This document shows positions 49,460-59,704 of a DNA stretch of 64,000 bases, piece by piece. Position 1 is the first letter of the stretch. Every line of letters begins with the position of its first letter. The notes under the pieces are model-generated. The model did not search any database. It saw nothing but the letters and a program-made list of their open reading frames with translations, and was not told the origin of the DNA. A program made the translations under genes and the position numbers. The DNA is from Meiothermus sp. (lineage in GTDB: Bacteria > Deinococcota > Deinococci > Deinococcales > Thermaceae): positions 16,625-80,624 of the forward strand of contig JANRLD010000094.1 of assembly GCA_033762915.1 (NCBI GenBank). Reading direction: 5' to 3'.

Positions 49460-49933
49460 ATGGACAATCCCCAAGTTCTCTCGATCAAACACATGGCCTT
49501 CGCGGTGCGCGATGCGCAGAAGGCGCTGGACACCTATTGGCGCTTTCTGGGCGTGCCCGCCGAGACCGAGATCAAGGAGTACCCCAAGTCGCGAAACAAG
49601 GTGGCGCTCTTCAACCTCGGGGGCATCGAGTACCAGCTCTGCCAGAGCATGGACGCGGGCGGCCGCTTCGACGAGTGGATCAAGCAGCGCGGCCACGAGG
49701 GGCTGCACCACATCTGCTACGAGGTGCGCGACCTCGAGAAGGCCCTCGAGCACGCCACAGCCAACGGCGCCAGCCTGCGCATCTGCAAGGCCTGCGGCGT
49801 CTACGGCAAGCACCCGCATCCCGAGGGCTTCATCGCCTTCCTGGACAACGACGCGGGCGGCATCGAGATCGAGTTCATGCAGGTGTACACGGCGGCGGAA
49901 CTCGAGGAGTACAAGAAGGTACAGGGAATCTAA
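49460..49933 (+). CDS. VOC/glyoxalase-family protein (methylmalonyl-CoA epimerase-like)
   Basis: HMAFAV, EGLHHICYEV, IEFMQ. Confidence 0.85.
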   Translation: MDNPQVLSIKHMAFAVRDAQKALDTYWRFLGVPAETEIKEYPKSRNKVALFNLGGIEYQLCQSMDAGGRFDEWIKQRGHEGLHHICYEVRDLEKALEHATANGASLRICKACGVYGKHPHPEGFIAFLDNDAGGIEIEFMQVYTAAELEEYKKVQGI

Positions 49934-50109
49934 GCAATGGGCGGTGAGCGGTAGGCGAGGGGCACAGGCCCAACGGCCGTCAGCACAAGCCTACCGCCTG
50001 TCCTCATCCCCAGGCGCAATACATAACTTTTTTTGCAGTCATACGAAAACCATACAGGCGGCTCTTCTAGAATGACGGTTTCTTTTTCGATGGCGTTTGG
50101 GAGGTTGGC

Positions 50110-51081
50110 ATGGGCGTAGTCAAGGTGGGGACAGCGAAGGCCAAGCCGGGGACGAGCGCGACGGGCGTAATTGCCGTCCCCGGCAGCAACGTAGAGATTC
50201 CGGTCGTCGTGATCAACGGCGTAAAGGACGGGCCCTGTTTGTGGGTCGATGGGGCCATTCACGGCGACGAACCCGAGGGGCCGCTGATGTGCCACAACCT
50301 GCGGCGCGAGGTGAACCCCGAGAAACTCAGCGGCTCGCTGGTGCTGGTTCCGGTCATTAACACGCCCGCCTTCGAGGCGGCCAGCCGGGGCAACCCGCTG
50401 GACACCTTCAGCTACGACATGAACCGCATCTACCCCGGAAAGCCGAACGGCTACTACTCCGAGCGGATCACCTACGCCCACAGCCTGTGGATGACCAAGG
50501 TGGCCGACCTCGAGCTGTCCATCCACTCCGGCGGTGCACACTCCTATCTCTCCGAGACCATCTTCGCCACCGAGGACGCCAAGAGCCAGGAACTGGCCAA
50601 GGCCATGGGCGAAGGCTGGGACCTAGTGCTCAAGGCCTTCTTGCCCAAGGGCAACCCCATGGCCTCGATGCTGGAAGTCGGGAAAACCGGCATCACCGTG
50701 GAGCTCGGCGGGCGCAGCGCGACCTCGCCTCAGGGCTTCCAGCGCGTCGGGCGGGTGCTGGCAGACGCCGCGCTCAATGTGATGCGCCACTACAAGATGA
50801 TCGCCGGCAAGGCCAAGTACGCCAAGCCGCGCTACACCGGCGTCCAACACGCCCTGCTGGCCCCCAGCACCGGCATGTTCGTGGCCGAGCCGCATATGGA
50901 GTTCGGCAAGCCGATGAAGAAGGGGGACAAGATCGCCACCATCTACAACCTCTACGGCGACGTGCTGGACACCCTCGAGGCCCCCACCGACGGACGCATC
51001 TTCGGTCTGCGCGCCCTGCCGAACGTCTCGATGGGCGACTGGTGCTGCTTCTACGCCGAAGTGCAAGGAACGCTGGATTAG
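50110..51081 (+). CDS. Succinylglutamate desuccinylase/aspartoacylase family deacylase
   Basis: HGDEPEG, DMNR.YPG, IHSG, VELGG. Confidence 0.88.
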   Translation: MGVVKVGTAKAKPGTSATGVIAVPGSNVEIPVVVINGVKDGPCLWVDGAIHGDEPEGPLMCHNLRREVNPEKLSGSLVLVPVINTPAFEAASRGNPLDTFSYDMNRIYPGKPNGYYSERITYAHSLWMTKVADLELSIHSGGAHSYLSETIFATEDAKSQELAKAMGEGWDLVLKAFLPKGNPMASMLEVGKTGITVELGGRSATSPQGFQRVGRVLADAALNVMRHYKMIAGKAKYAKPRYTGVQHALLAPSTGMFVAEPHMEFGKPMKKGDKIATIYNLYGDVLDTLEAPTDGRIFGLRALPNVSMGDWCCFYAEVQGTLD

Positions 51082-51183
51082 GGATCGGTGGTTAAGGGGC
51101 AGGGAGCAGTGAGGACGGCACGGCCAAAGGCCTGTTGTCAAACGCCTCCCTCCGGCCCCTAACCCCGACCACTCGCAACTATC

Positions 51184-52344
51184 ATGAGTGAGCTAACCGA
51201 ACTCCTCAAAGAATTAGTCGAGATTCCCTCGCCCAATCCGCCCGGCGACAATCGGGCGATTTCGGCGTTCGTCGGGCAGTGGTTGCGGGAGGTGGGGGCG
51301 AAGGTTTCGGTACTCGCGCCGCCCGAGAAGCCCGAGGCCCAGAGTGTGGTCGCGGTGGCCGGCTCGGGTGGGCCGGTGGTGATGCTGCACGCCCACTCCG
51401 ACACCGTGCCGGTGGGTGAGACCGAGGCCGCGGCTTGGGCCAGCGACCCCTTCAAGGCCGTGGTGCGCGATGGGCGGCTCTACGGCAAGGGCAGCGTGGA
51501 CGACAAGGGCCCGCTGGCCGCGATGATGGTCGCCTTTAAGAAGCTAAGCCAGGCCGGGCACAGCGGCACCCTGGTGCTGGTGGCGGCCGCCGAGGAGGAG
51601 GTGGGCGGGCAGTTGGGCACCCGCTGGCTGGCCGAGGAAGGACACCTGCCGCACTGCGACTTCATCGTGGTGGGCGAGCAGACCGCCAACCGCGTGGCCA
51701 CCGCGCACAAGGGCGTGATGCGGGCCACGGTCCGCACCGCCGGTCACAGCGTGCACGCCACCAACCCCGACCGCGGGGTCAACGCCATCAACGCCATGGC
51801 CCGGGTGATCCTGGCCCTTGAGGACTACCACCACGAACTCTCGCAACGCCTTCACCCCCTGGTAGGCGTCCCCACCTGCAACGTTGGGGTGATCCAGGGC
51901 GGCGCGACCGCCAACGCGGTCGCCGACGGGTGCCTGATCCGCCTGGACCGCCGCATGATCCCCGGCGAGAGCCCCGAGGCGGTGCAGCGCGAGTTGCAGG
52001 AGGTGGTGGCCTCGGCCAAGGTGGCCCCCGCGACCGCCGAGGTGGGCGAGTTCTTGTACTCGAGCTGGTTCGAGTCCAAGCTCCAGACGCCCTACGGCAA
52101 GGCCTTCGTGGAGTGCATGAGCCAGCTCACGGGGGCGCCGCCCGAGCCCATCGGCTACCTCCCCGGCAGCGACGCCAAGCACCTGATGAAGCTGGTGCGG
52201 GGCGACATGGTGATCTTCGGGCCGGGCAGCTACGAGGTGGCCCACGCCTACGACGAGTACGTGGACATCGCCGAACTCGTTCAGTGCGAGGCGGTCATCT
52301 CCAAGTTTCTGGAGCAGGTGATGCGGCTCGAGGTGAAGCGGTGA
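51184..52344 (+). CDS. M20A ArgE/DapE-like deacylase
   Basis: HSDTVP, GSVDDKG, EEE, GEQT, AHAYDE. Confidence 0.9.
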   Translation: MSELTELLKELVEIPSPNPPGDNRAISAFVGQWLREVGAKVSVLAPPEKPEAQSVVAVAGSGGPVVMLHAHSDTVPVGETEAAAWASDPFKAVVRDGRLYGKGSVDDKGPLAAMMVAFKKLSQAGHSGTLVLVAAAEEEVGGQLGTRWLAEEGHLPHCDFIVVGEQTANRVATAHKGVMRATVRTAGHSVHATNPDRGVNAINAMARVILALEDYHHELSQRLHPLVGVPTCNVGVIQGGATANAVADGCLIRLDRRMIPGESPEAVQRELQEVVASAKVAPATAEVGEFLYSSWFESKLQTPYGKAFVECMSQLTGAPPEPIGYLPGSDAKHLMKLVRGDMVIFGPGSYEVAHAYDEYVDIAELVQCEAVISKFLEQVMRLEVKR

Positions 52345-52423
52345 ATCGACTCGAGTCGGCGGCCCCGAAGAAGCGGTGCGCGAGCGCACCCTACAAGGCT
52401 GGCTTTTTGCAGAAGGAGCGGGG

Positions 52424-53794
52424 ATGTTTGACCTTTTGATACGCGGCGCGACCGTCGTCACCCCCGAGGGCCTGAGGCGCTTGGACGTGGCCGTGCGCGG
52501 TGACAAGATCGCCGCGCTGATGGAGCCGGGCACGCCCGCCGAGGCCGGGGAAACCCTCGACGCTACCGACAAGCACCTGCTGCCCGGCGCAATCGACATC
52601 CACTTCCACGTCCGGGCCCCCGCCTACCCCGCCAGGGGCACCTGGGAGTCCGAGACCCGGGCCGCCGCCGCTGGGGGCGTGACCACCGTCTTCGAGATGC
52701 CCATCTCCAAGCCCTGCTGCGCCACGCCGGAAATCTTCGTCAGCCGCCGCGAGCAAGGCAAGCGCGAGGCCGTGGTCAACTTCGCCCTCTACGGCGCGCC
52801 GGGGATGCTCAAGCCGGAGCTGGTGCAGGGCATGGCCACCGAGGGCGCAATCGCCTACAAGATCTTCACCACCGACCCTGTGCCGGGCCGCCTCGACGAG
52901 TTCGAGGGCCTGTGCGTGCCGGAGGAGTGGCAGCAGCTAAGGGCGCTCGAGCTGGCCAAGGAGACCGGCCTGCTGACGGTGGTTCACGCCGAGAGCCAGC
53001 CCCTGATGAACCACTACACCGCCCTGGTCAAGGCCACCGGCCGCAACGACGCCCCCACCCACGGCGAGTCCCGCCCGCCGCTGGTAGAGGCCCTCGCCAT
53101 CAGCAAAATTGCGACCATGAACGACCTGGTGGGCGCGCGGCTGCACATCGCGCATGTGACCTCGGCCCACGCTCTGCAAACCCTGCGCAAGTGGCAGGGC
53201 CACCAGGACATCTCGGGCGAGACCTGCCCACAATACCTGCTGTTCACCGAGCAAGCCCTAGCCGAGTTCGGCAGCTACGCCAAGATCAACCCGCCGCTGC
53301 GCAAGCCGGACGACATCGAAGCACTCTGGGCGGGCGTGCGGGATGGCTCGCTGATGGCCGTCACCACCGACCACTCGCCCTTCACCGTCGAGGAGAAAGA
53401 GCGGGCCCGCACCGACATCTGGGCCGCGCCGCCGGGCGCGCCGGGCGTGGAGTTCCTGGTGCCGATGATGCTGGACGCGGCGGCGCAGGGCAAGGTGACC
53501 CTCGAGCAGGCCGTCGCCCTCATCAGCTCCAACGGGGCCAAACGCTTTGGGATTTACGGGCGCAAGGGCCTGATCGCCGAGGGCGCCGACGCCGACCTGA
53601 CCCTCGTGGACCTGGGCGCCGTAACCGTGGTGGAGCGCGAGAAGGAGTTCAGCCAGTCCAAGAACACCGACTACTTTTTTCACGGGAAAACCTTCCGAGG
53701 AAAAGTCGAGCGCACCATCGTCAACGGCAAGACGGTGTTCGCAGGCGGCGAGGTGCTGGGCAAACCGGGCGACGGGAGGTTTGTACGGCCTTGA
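52424..53794 (+). CDS. Cyclic amidohydrolase (allantoinase/hydantoinase/dihydroorotase family)
   Basis: DIHFH, GGVTT, VHAE, HIAH, KINPPLR, TDHSP. Confidence 0.9.
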   Translation: MFDLLIRGATVVTPEGLRRLDVAVRGDKIAALMEPGTPAEAGETLDATDKHLLPGAIDIHFHVRAPAYPARGTWESETRAAAAGGVTTVFEMPISKPCCATPEIFVSRREQGKREAVVNFALYGAPGMLKPELVQGMATEGAIAYKIFTTDPVPGRLDEFEGLCVPEEWQQLRALELAKETGLLTVVHAESQPLMNHYTALVKATGRNDAPTHGESRPPLVEALAISKIATMNDLVGARLHIAHVTSAHALQTLRKWQGHQDISGETCPQYLLFTEQALAEFGSYAKINPPLRKPDDIEALWAGVRDGSLMAVTTDHSPFTVEEKERARTDIWAAPPGAPGVEFLVPMMLDAAAQGKVTLEQAVALISSNGAKRFGIYGRKGLIAEGADADLTLVDLGAVTVVEREKEFSQSKNTDYFFHGKTFRGKVERTIVNGKTVFAGGEVLGKPGDGRFVRP

Positions 53795-54738
53795 CCCCCA
53801 CAGGCCCCTCGCCCCAATCCCTCTCCCCAAGGAGAGCGGGGCTCTTGTTGACTGGGGCAGGTGGGTTCGTCGGGCGGGCGCTGGCGGGGCATTTGGCAGA
53901 AGCGGGCTACCGGGTCGAGGCTTGCGACTTGCGGGGTGCGCCTCGAGCCGTGGATGTGCTCGACCGAGAAGCCCTGCTCGAGGCTGCCCTCGAGGCCCGG
54001 CCCCAAACCTTTGTTCACGCTGCCGCGCTCACCTCGGGCGAGGACCTGCGGGTGATCGAGGTGAACGTCCGGGGAACCCTGAACGCCCTCGAGGCCGCCA
54101 GGTCAGCGGGGGTTCAGCACTTCATCCTGTTTAGCTCGTGCGGGGTCTACGCCCCCCAAGCCGGGCCGATCTCCGAAGAGGGGGTCACCACCACTGCTCA
54201 CGCCTACGGGCTCTCCAAGCTGCTGGCCGAGCAAATCTGTTCGGTCGGCGGGCCGCCTGACATGACCATCTGGCTGCTGCGGATCGGGGCGGTGTACGGG
54301 CCCGGTGAGCGTCCCTCGAGCACCCGCGTCCGGGCCTCGCTGGTCTACGAGATCGGCCAGGCCATCCGGACACGCACCCCGGCCCGGCTCTCTCGAGCCC
54401 CCGCCGACGTGCACAATTGGCTGCACACCCGCGACCTAGCCCGGCTGCTCGAGACCATCATCCGGCACCCCGCCGACGGCCAGACCCGCCTTTTTAATGT
54501 CGCCGGGCCGAGCGTTGCGGTAGCCGACCTGGTACAGACTTTTCAGAAGATCAGGCCAGCGCTGGATCTGGGCCGTTTGCTCGAGTTCAACCCCAGCCCA
54601 CCGCCCCGGCATGGCGCGGTGGACAGCTCGAAGCTGACCCTGGAACTCAACTTTTCGCCCGCCGTGCCGCTGGAGGAGGGGCTCGAGGACTACCTCTCCC
54701 CTTCCCCGCAACCCCAGGAGGAAATCGCCAAATCATGA
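53791..54738 (+). CDS. NAD-dependent epimerase/dehydratase
   Basis: TGAGGFVG, SSCGVY, YGLSK; start uncertain. Confidence 0.85.
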   Translation: MTPTGPSPQSLSPRRAGLLLTGAGGFVGRALAGHLAEAGYRVEACDLRGAPRAVDVLDREALLEAALEARPQTFVHAAALTSGEDLRVIEVNVRGTLNALEAARSAGVQHFILFSSCGVYAPQAGPISEEGVTTTAHAYGLSKLLAEQICSVGGPPDMTIWLLRIGAVYGPGERPSSTRVRASLVYEIGQAIRTRTPARLSRAPADVHNWLHTRDLARLLETIIRHPADGQTRLFNVAGPSVAVADLVQTFQKIRPALDLGRLLEFNPSPPPRHGAVDSSKLTLELNFSPAVPLEEGLEDYLSPSPQPQEEIAKS

Positions 54739-55772
54739 GACCCCTCACCGTCGTACTTGTTGGTCTGGGCACCCGGGGCCGCCACTGGGCCAGGGTAATT
54801 GCCGAGAACCCCGGCTCGAGGCTGATCGCCGGCGTCGACCCCAACGCCGAGTCGGTCGCAATCCTGCGCGAGAAGCTACCCGCCATAGAGTTCCCGGTGC
54901 TTTCTTTTGCCGAAGCCCTGGCCCTCAAGCCCGACCTGGTGGTGCTCTCCACCCCGCCCAGCGTCCACTTGCAGCAGATCACCGCCTGCGCCGAGCTGGG
55001 CCTTCCGGTCTTGTGCGAGAAGCCGCTGGCCCTGGACTTCGACACCGCCAAGGCCTGCGTAGATGTGGCAGAAAAGGCCGGGATTCTGCTGGGCATCGGG
55101 ATGAACTTCCGCTACCTCGAGACCACCCGGGCCTCCCGCGAACTCATCCACGGCGGCAAGCTGGGGCAAATCGGTTTTGGACGCATCAACTACTGGCGCT
55201 ACCGCGACGGCAAGCGGCCCCTGCTGAACAAGTACCCCCTCGAGATGGACCAGCCGATGCTCTTGGAGCAGAGCATCCACCACCTCGACCTGGCCCGCTT
55301 CATCTACGGCGCGGAGGTCAAGAAACTCTGGGCCCGCACCACCAACCCGCCCTGGAGCATGTACCGCTCCGACGCCACCGTGGCGGCCTGGCTCGAGTTC
55401 GAGGGCGGCTTCGAGCTGCAATACTTCGGCACCTGGATGGGTACGAACAGCAAGAACGAGTTCCAGTGGCGCACCGACGGCAGCGAGGGGATGCTCTTCC
55501 AGCGCGACATCTTCCGGGGCCTCGAGTACTGGAAGGCAGGCACAGCCGAGCCCGAGGAAATCGAGCTACAGCCGCAGGAAGACTTCGTGGACGACACCCG
55601 GGGCCTCTTCGACGACTTCCTCAAAGCGGTGCGCGGCGAGCCCAGCACCTACCCCTCAGGCCGCGACCACCTCAACACCATGATTCTGACCCTGGGCTGC
55701 GCGGAAAGCTCGAGGCAAGACCGGGTGATCGATTTGGAGAAGTACGGTAAGCAGCTCGGTTTGGAGTCGTAA
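54735..55772 (+). CDS. Gfo/Idh/MocA oxidoreductase
   Basis: VGLGTRG, CEKP, IHHLD. Confidence 0.9.
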   Translation: MRPLTVVLVGLGTRGRHWARVIAENPGSRLIAGVDPNAESVAILREKLPAIEFPVLSFAEALALKPDLVVLSTPPSVHLQQITACAELGLPVLCEKPLALDFDTAKACVDVAEKAGILLGIGMNFRYLETTRASRELIHGGKLGQIGFGRINYWRYRDGKRPLLNKYPLEMDQPMLLEQSIHHLDLARFIYGAEVKKLWARTTNPPWSMYRSDATVAAWLEFEGGFELQYFGTWMGTNSKNEFQWRTDGSEGMLFQRDIFRGLEYWKAGTAEPEEIELQPQEDFVDDTRGLFDDFLKAVRGEPSTYPSGRDHLNTMILTLGCAESSRQDRVIDLEKYGKQLGLES

Positions 55773-55944
55773 GGATGTGGTCAGATGCACCGGCGAACCG
55801 GACTCAGGGGACTCCTCTCCTCGCTGCGCCTACGACTGGTCGAATCGCGGCTCTGTATGCAGCAAACCGTACCCGCTCGGAGTGACAACCTAGGCGCAAA
55901 CTGGCTCAGTGGGCGCGGTGCTTAAAACAAAACCAGGGGGACGA

Positions 55945-57135
55945 ATGACACAGACTGACTTTTCATCCATGCTTTCAAAGGTCGCGGTGGCCAACCTCGA
56001 GCACTCCATCGGCAACCCGGTGAATCCTCGAATGGTGCGGGCCATCGCGGGCGCCAAGAATATGGTCAACCTGGGCTCGGGCACGCCCGACCTTCCCACG
56101 CCGGACTATGTGCTCGACGCGGTGCGCGAGGGCATGACCGGCGGAATCATCCAGTACACCGCCTACGACGGCATCGCCCCGCTGCGCGAGGCCATTGCCA
56201 AGAAGCTCAGGGAAGAAAACGGCCTCGACTACTCCCCCGCCGACATCATCGTGACCAACGGGGCGCAGGAGTCGATTTTCGTGATCTGTGGAGCGCTCCT
56301 CAACCCCGGCGACGAGGTGATTGTCACCAACCCCTACTACAGCGCCTACAACAACATCGTGGCGCTGTCGGGCGGGGTCTCGGTGACGGTTCCGGTGCGG
56401 CCCGAGACGGGCTGGTCGTGGGACCTCGAGGCCCTCGAGGCCGCCATCACCCCGCGCAGCAAGATGATCGTGCTGGTCTCGCCCGACAACCCCACCGGCG
56501 CGGTGGTGACGCGGCAGACCATGGAGGCCGTGGCGGCCCTAGCCGAGAAGCACAACCTCATCGTCATCTCCGATGAACTCTACGAGAAGTACATCTACGA
56601 CGGCGCCGAGCACTTCTCCTTCGCCAAGATTCCCGGCATGAAGGAGCGCACCATCACCGTCAACGGCTTTTCCAAGAGCTTCGGCATGACCGGCTGGCGG
56701 GTGGGCTACATCGCGGTGCCGCAGTGGCTCAAGCAGGTCGCCACCGAGGTCAAGCACATGCACTCCATCTCTACCGCCGTGCCCTCGCAGCTGGGCGCAC
56801 TGGCCGCGCTCACCGGACCCAAAGAGCCCTGGCAGGAGCGGCTGGACACCTACGCGGCCCGGCGCAAGTACCTGCTCGAGCGCCTCGAGGCCATGAAGCT
56901 CCCCTACATCCGCACCCACGGCAGCTACTACGTGATGGCCGACGTGCGGGCGGCGGGCATGGACTCGATGAGCTTTAGCAGCGCCCTGATCGAGGAGCAC
57001 AGCGTGCGGGTTGGGCCGGGCGTGGTGTTCGGGAGCGGAGCCGAGGGCTTCGTGCGCCTCAGCCTGATGTGCCCGAGGCCGCAGATGGACGGCGCACTCG
57101 ACAAGCTGGCCGAGTTCTGGAGCAAGTATGTGTAG
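55945..57135 (+). CDS. PLP-dependent aminotransferase class I/II (second paralog)
   Basis: PDNPTG, SDELY, SKSFGMTGWRVG. Confidence 0.92.
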   Translation: MTQTDFSSMLSKVAVANLEHSIGNPVNPRMVRAIAGAKNMVNLGSGTPDLPTPDYVLDAVREGMTGGIIQYTAYDGIAPLREAIAKKLREENGLDYSPADIIVTNGAQESIFVICGALLNPGDEVIVTNPYYSAYNNIVALSGGVSVTVPVRPETGWSWDLEALEAAITPRSKMIVLVSPDNPTGAVVTRQTMEAVAALAEKHNLIVISDELYEKYIYDGAEHFSFAKIPGMKERTITVNGFSKSFGMTGWRVGYIAVPQWLKQVATEVKHMHSISTAVPSQLGALAALTGPKEPWQERLDTYAARRKYLLERLEAMKLPYIRTHGSYYVMADVRAAGMDSMSFSSALIEEHSVRVGPGVVFGSGAEGFVRLSLMCPRPQMDGALDKLAEFWSKYV

Positions 57136-57142
57136 GGTCAAA

Positions 57143-57258
57143 GTCAAAAGCCCCTCACCCCCGCCCCTCTCCCAAGGGGAGAGGGGGTTTTATGTGGTTT
57201 TGCAAAACAAAATCCCTTCTCCCGCTGGGAGAAGGGCTGGGATGAGGGGGTTTTGACC
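57143..57258. repeat. Composite palindromic repeat (CCCCTCACCCC..CCCTCTCCC..GGGAGAGGG type, paired inverted copies)
   Basis: Outer inverted repeat GTCAAAAGCCCCTCA...TGAGGGGGTTTTGAC with two inner hairpins. Confidence 0.7.
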
Positions 57259-57260
57259 TT

Positions 57261-58670
57261 ATGAGCGATAAATTCGTAGGCATCCAAATCAGCCCTATCA
57301 GCTTTATCGACGAAGGCGTGGAGCCGCTCTTGGACACCCTACAAGGGCGGTTCGGGATCAACGTGCTGCTGGTGGGAACCATCTCCTGGCTGGGGCTGAA
57401 GGTGGGGCGGCGGATCTCGTGGAAGCTCGAGGGCTTCCCCGACCACGGCGTGCAGGAGCCCGACGCCATGAAGGGCGGCTCGTACATCCGGCACCGGCCC
57501 GAGTTCTACCTAAACACCAACATCACCAATTTCTCCAACCAGGACCCCGGCCTCGAGGGCAAGGACATCCTCGAGATGATCATCCCCGCCGCCAAGGCGA
57601 GGGGCATGAAGGTGATGCCCGAGGTGATGGAGCCGCTGTTCAAGTACGCCGACCACGGCAGCGCCAACACGGTGCAGATCCCCAACCTGCCGCAGTACCT
57701 CGAGGTCGACCAGTTCGGGCGCATCGGCTCGGAGCCCTCGACCTCCAACCCCCACTACCGCAACTGGCTGCACTCGATCCTCGAGGACTATTCACGCAAC
57801 TACGACATCGACGGCATCATGTGGTGCAACGAGCGCCGCAGCCCGCTGGACAACCTGATCGCCGGCAACCCCGCCAACGACTTCAGCCCTGCGGCAAGGC
57901 GCGAGGCCCTCGAGCGCAACATCGACGTAGAGCGGGTGCTCATCGCCTACCGCGAAGCCTACGAATACTTCCAGAAAGCCCGCAAAGGCGAGCCCTTCCG
58001 CGACGGGGCCTTCGTGGAGTTCCTGCGGGTACTCTTGCGCAACCCCGAAATCCTGATCTGGGAGCGCTTCTGGCTCGAGCGCAGCAAAGACCTCGACCGC
58101 GAGCTGTATGGCATGGTCAAGTGGTGCAACCCGGCCCTCAGCTTTGGGCTGAACGTCTGGAACCGCAACCACTTCAACCCCATCCGCAAGGCCCAGTGGC
58201 CCTGGCTCGAGCAGACCATGTATTGCGACTGGGTCAAGCCCATCACCTACCAGCACCAGTCCGGCGGCATCTACAAAAAGGAGATGACCGACTTCCACAA
58301 GACCTTCCTGCGCGACTTCACCCCCGAGGAGTTCACGCCCATCATGTACCGCATCCTGGGCCTCGACGAAGCGCCCTGGAGCGAGATACTCGAGAAGGGC
58401 CTCGACCCCGACACCTATGTGGGTGGGCAGGCCAGAGACACCGTGGCGGCGGTGGAAGGCCGGGTGCCGGTGTACATGGGCGTCGGGGTGGACGCGCCGC
58501 GAACCTCGGCCCAGCAAGCTGTTTGCACACCCGACATCGTCTACCGCAGCGTGAAGGCCTCGTACCGCGAGGGCGCAAAAGGGATTGTCTACTCGCCCAA
58601 CTACGCCGGGATGAACCACACGAACTTAGACGGCGGGGCGCAGGCGTTGAAGGAACTGGGGTTGATGTGA
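57261..58670 (+). CDS. Uncharacterised glycoside-hydrolase-like TIM-barrel protein
   Basis: NYDIDGIMWCNE and PAAKARGMKV segments resemble GH-like barrels; no signal peptide. Confidence 0.55.
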   Translation: MSDKFVGIQISPISFIDEGVEPLLDTLQGRFGINVLLVGTISWLGLKVGRRISWKLEGFPDHGVQEPDAMKGGSYIRHRPEFYLNTNITNFSNQDPGLEGKDILEMIIPAAKARGMKVMPEVMEPLFKYADHGSANTVQIPNLPQYLEVDQFGRIGSEPSTSNPHYRNWLHSILEDYSRNYDIDGIMWCNERRSPLDNLIAGNPANDFSPAARREALERNIDVERVLIAYREAYEYFQKARKGEPFRDGAFVEFLRVLLRNPEILIWERFWLERSKDLDRELYGMVKWCNPALSFGLNVWNRNHFNPIRKAQWPWLEQTMYCDWVKPITYQHQSGGIYKKEMTDFHKTFLRDFTPEEFTPIMYRILGLDEAPWSEILEKGLDPDTYVGGQARDTVAAVEGRVPVYMGVGVDAPRTSAQQAVCTPDIVYRSVKASYREGAKGIVYSPNYAGMNHTNLDGGAQALKELGLM

Positions 58671-58691
58671 GCGTGACCTAGGAGGTGGTGT

Positions 58692-59633
58692 ATGGGAGTT
58701 GTGACCGGGTTGCTAATATTCCTGCTGATACTGGCCGTGCTCGTCTACCTGGCGGCCCGGCGCAGCATGGAGCGGATTCGGGACAACCCCGACCCCTACC
58801 CGCTGTCCGATCTGATGCGGCAGCCCACCGGCCAGCAAACCCAAATTCGGCGGCCTGACGGCACGGTGCTCGAGGCCATCGCGGAGGGCAGCGGGCCGAC
58901 AGTGGTGTTCGTTCACGGCTTCGCAATCTCGATGCTCGAGTGGAACATTCTATGGGCCAAGTTGCGTGGCACCCATCGGCTAATTGCCTACGACCACCGT
59001 GGGCATGGTAGCTCCACCATCGGCTCGGAAGGGATTAGCTCGAGCAGCATGGCAGCAGACTTGGTGGCAGTGCTCGAGCACTTCGATGTGCAGGACGGGG
59101 TGTTGGTTGGGCACTCGATGGGTGGTTTTATCTCGATAGTGGCACTGCTCGAGCAAGCCGAGCGCATACAGCCACGTCTGCGGCATGCAGTCATCATGGC
59201 TAGTTTTGCGGGTGATGTTGGCAATGGCTCACCACAGAACCGCCTCCAGATTCCCCTGATTCAGTGGGGCATTCTCCCAGCAGTAGTAGGCAACCCAGTG
59301 CTCGGCGGAGCATTTGGGATGAGTCTATTTGGAGCGCAGCCCGCCCCTTCACAGGTTGAGACTTTCCGCTGGGACTTCGCCCGACAGCGGCACGGCTCAC
59401 TGGTTCCCATCTTGAAAGCCTTTTTGCATGAAAACCATTACCCCCGACTGGGCGAGATTGCCGTTCCCTGCACCATCGTCTGCGGCGAAAAGGACAACAC
59501 CACCCCACCTCAACACTCCGAATGGCTGACTAAAGGTGTGAAAAACGGTCGCTTCATCCGAATTCCCCAGGTCGGGCATGTGCTCAACTGGGAAGCCCCA
59601 GATCGAATCATCGAAATAATCCGGTCAGTCTGA
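58692..59633 (+). CDS. Alpha/beta hydrolase with N-terminal membrane anchor
   Basis: VHGF, DHRGHG, GHSMGG, GEKD, GH. Confidence 0.88.
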   Translation: MGVVTGLLIFLLILAVLVYLAARRSMERIRDNPDPYPLSDLMRQPTGQQTQIRRPDGTVLEAIAEGSGPTVVFVHGFAISMLEWNILWAKLRGTHRLIAYDHRGHGSSTIGSEGISSSSMAADLVAVLEHFDVQDGVLVGHSMGGFISIVALLEQAERIQPRLRHAVIMASFAGDVGNGSPQNRLQIPLIQWGILPAVVGNPVLGGAFGMSLFGAQPAPSQVETFRWDFARQRHGSLVPILKAFLHENHYPRLGEIAVPCTIVCGEKDNTTPPQHSEWLTKGVKNGRFIRIPQVGHVLNWEAPDRIIEIIRSV

Positions 59634-59704
59634 CTGAATGCGCAAACAAATCTCGAGGAAGACGAGCTAAAACACATATCTAACATGACACGGGGCAAAC
59701 AAGG

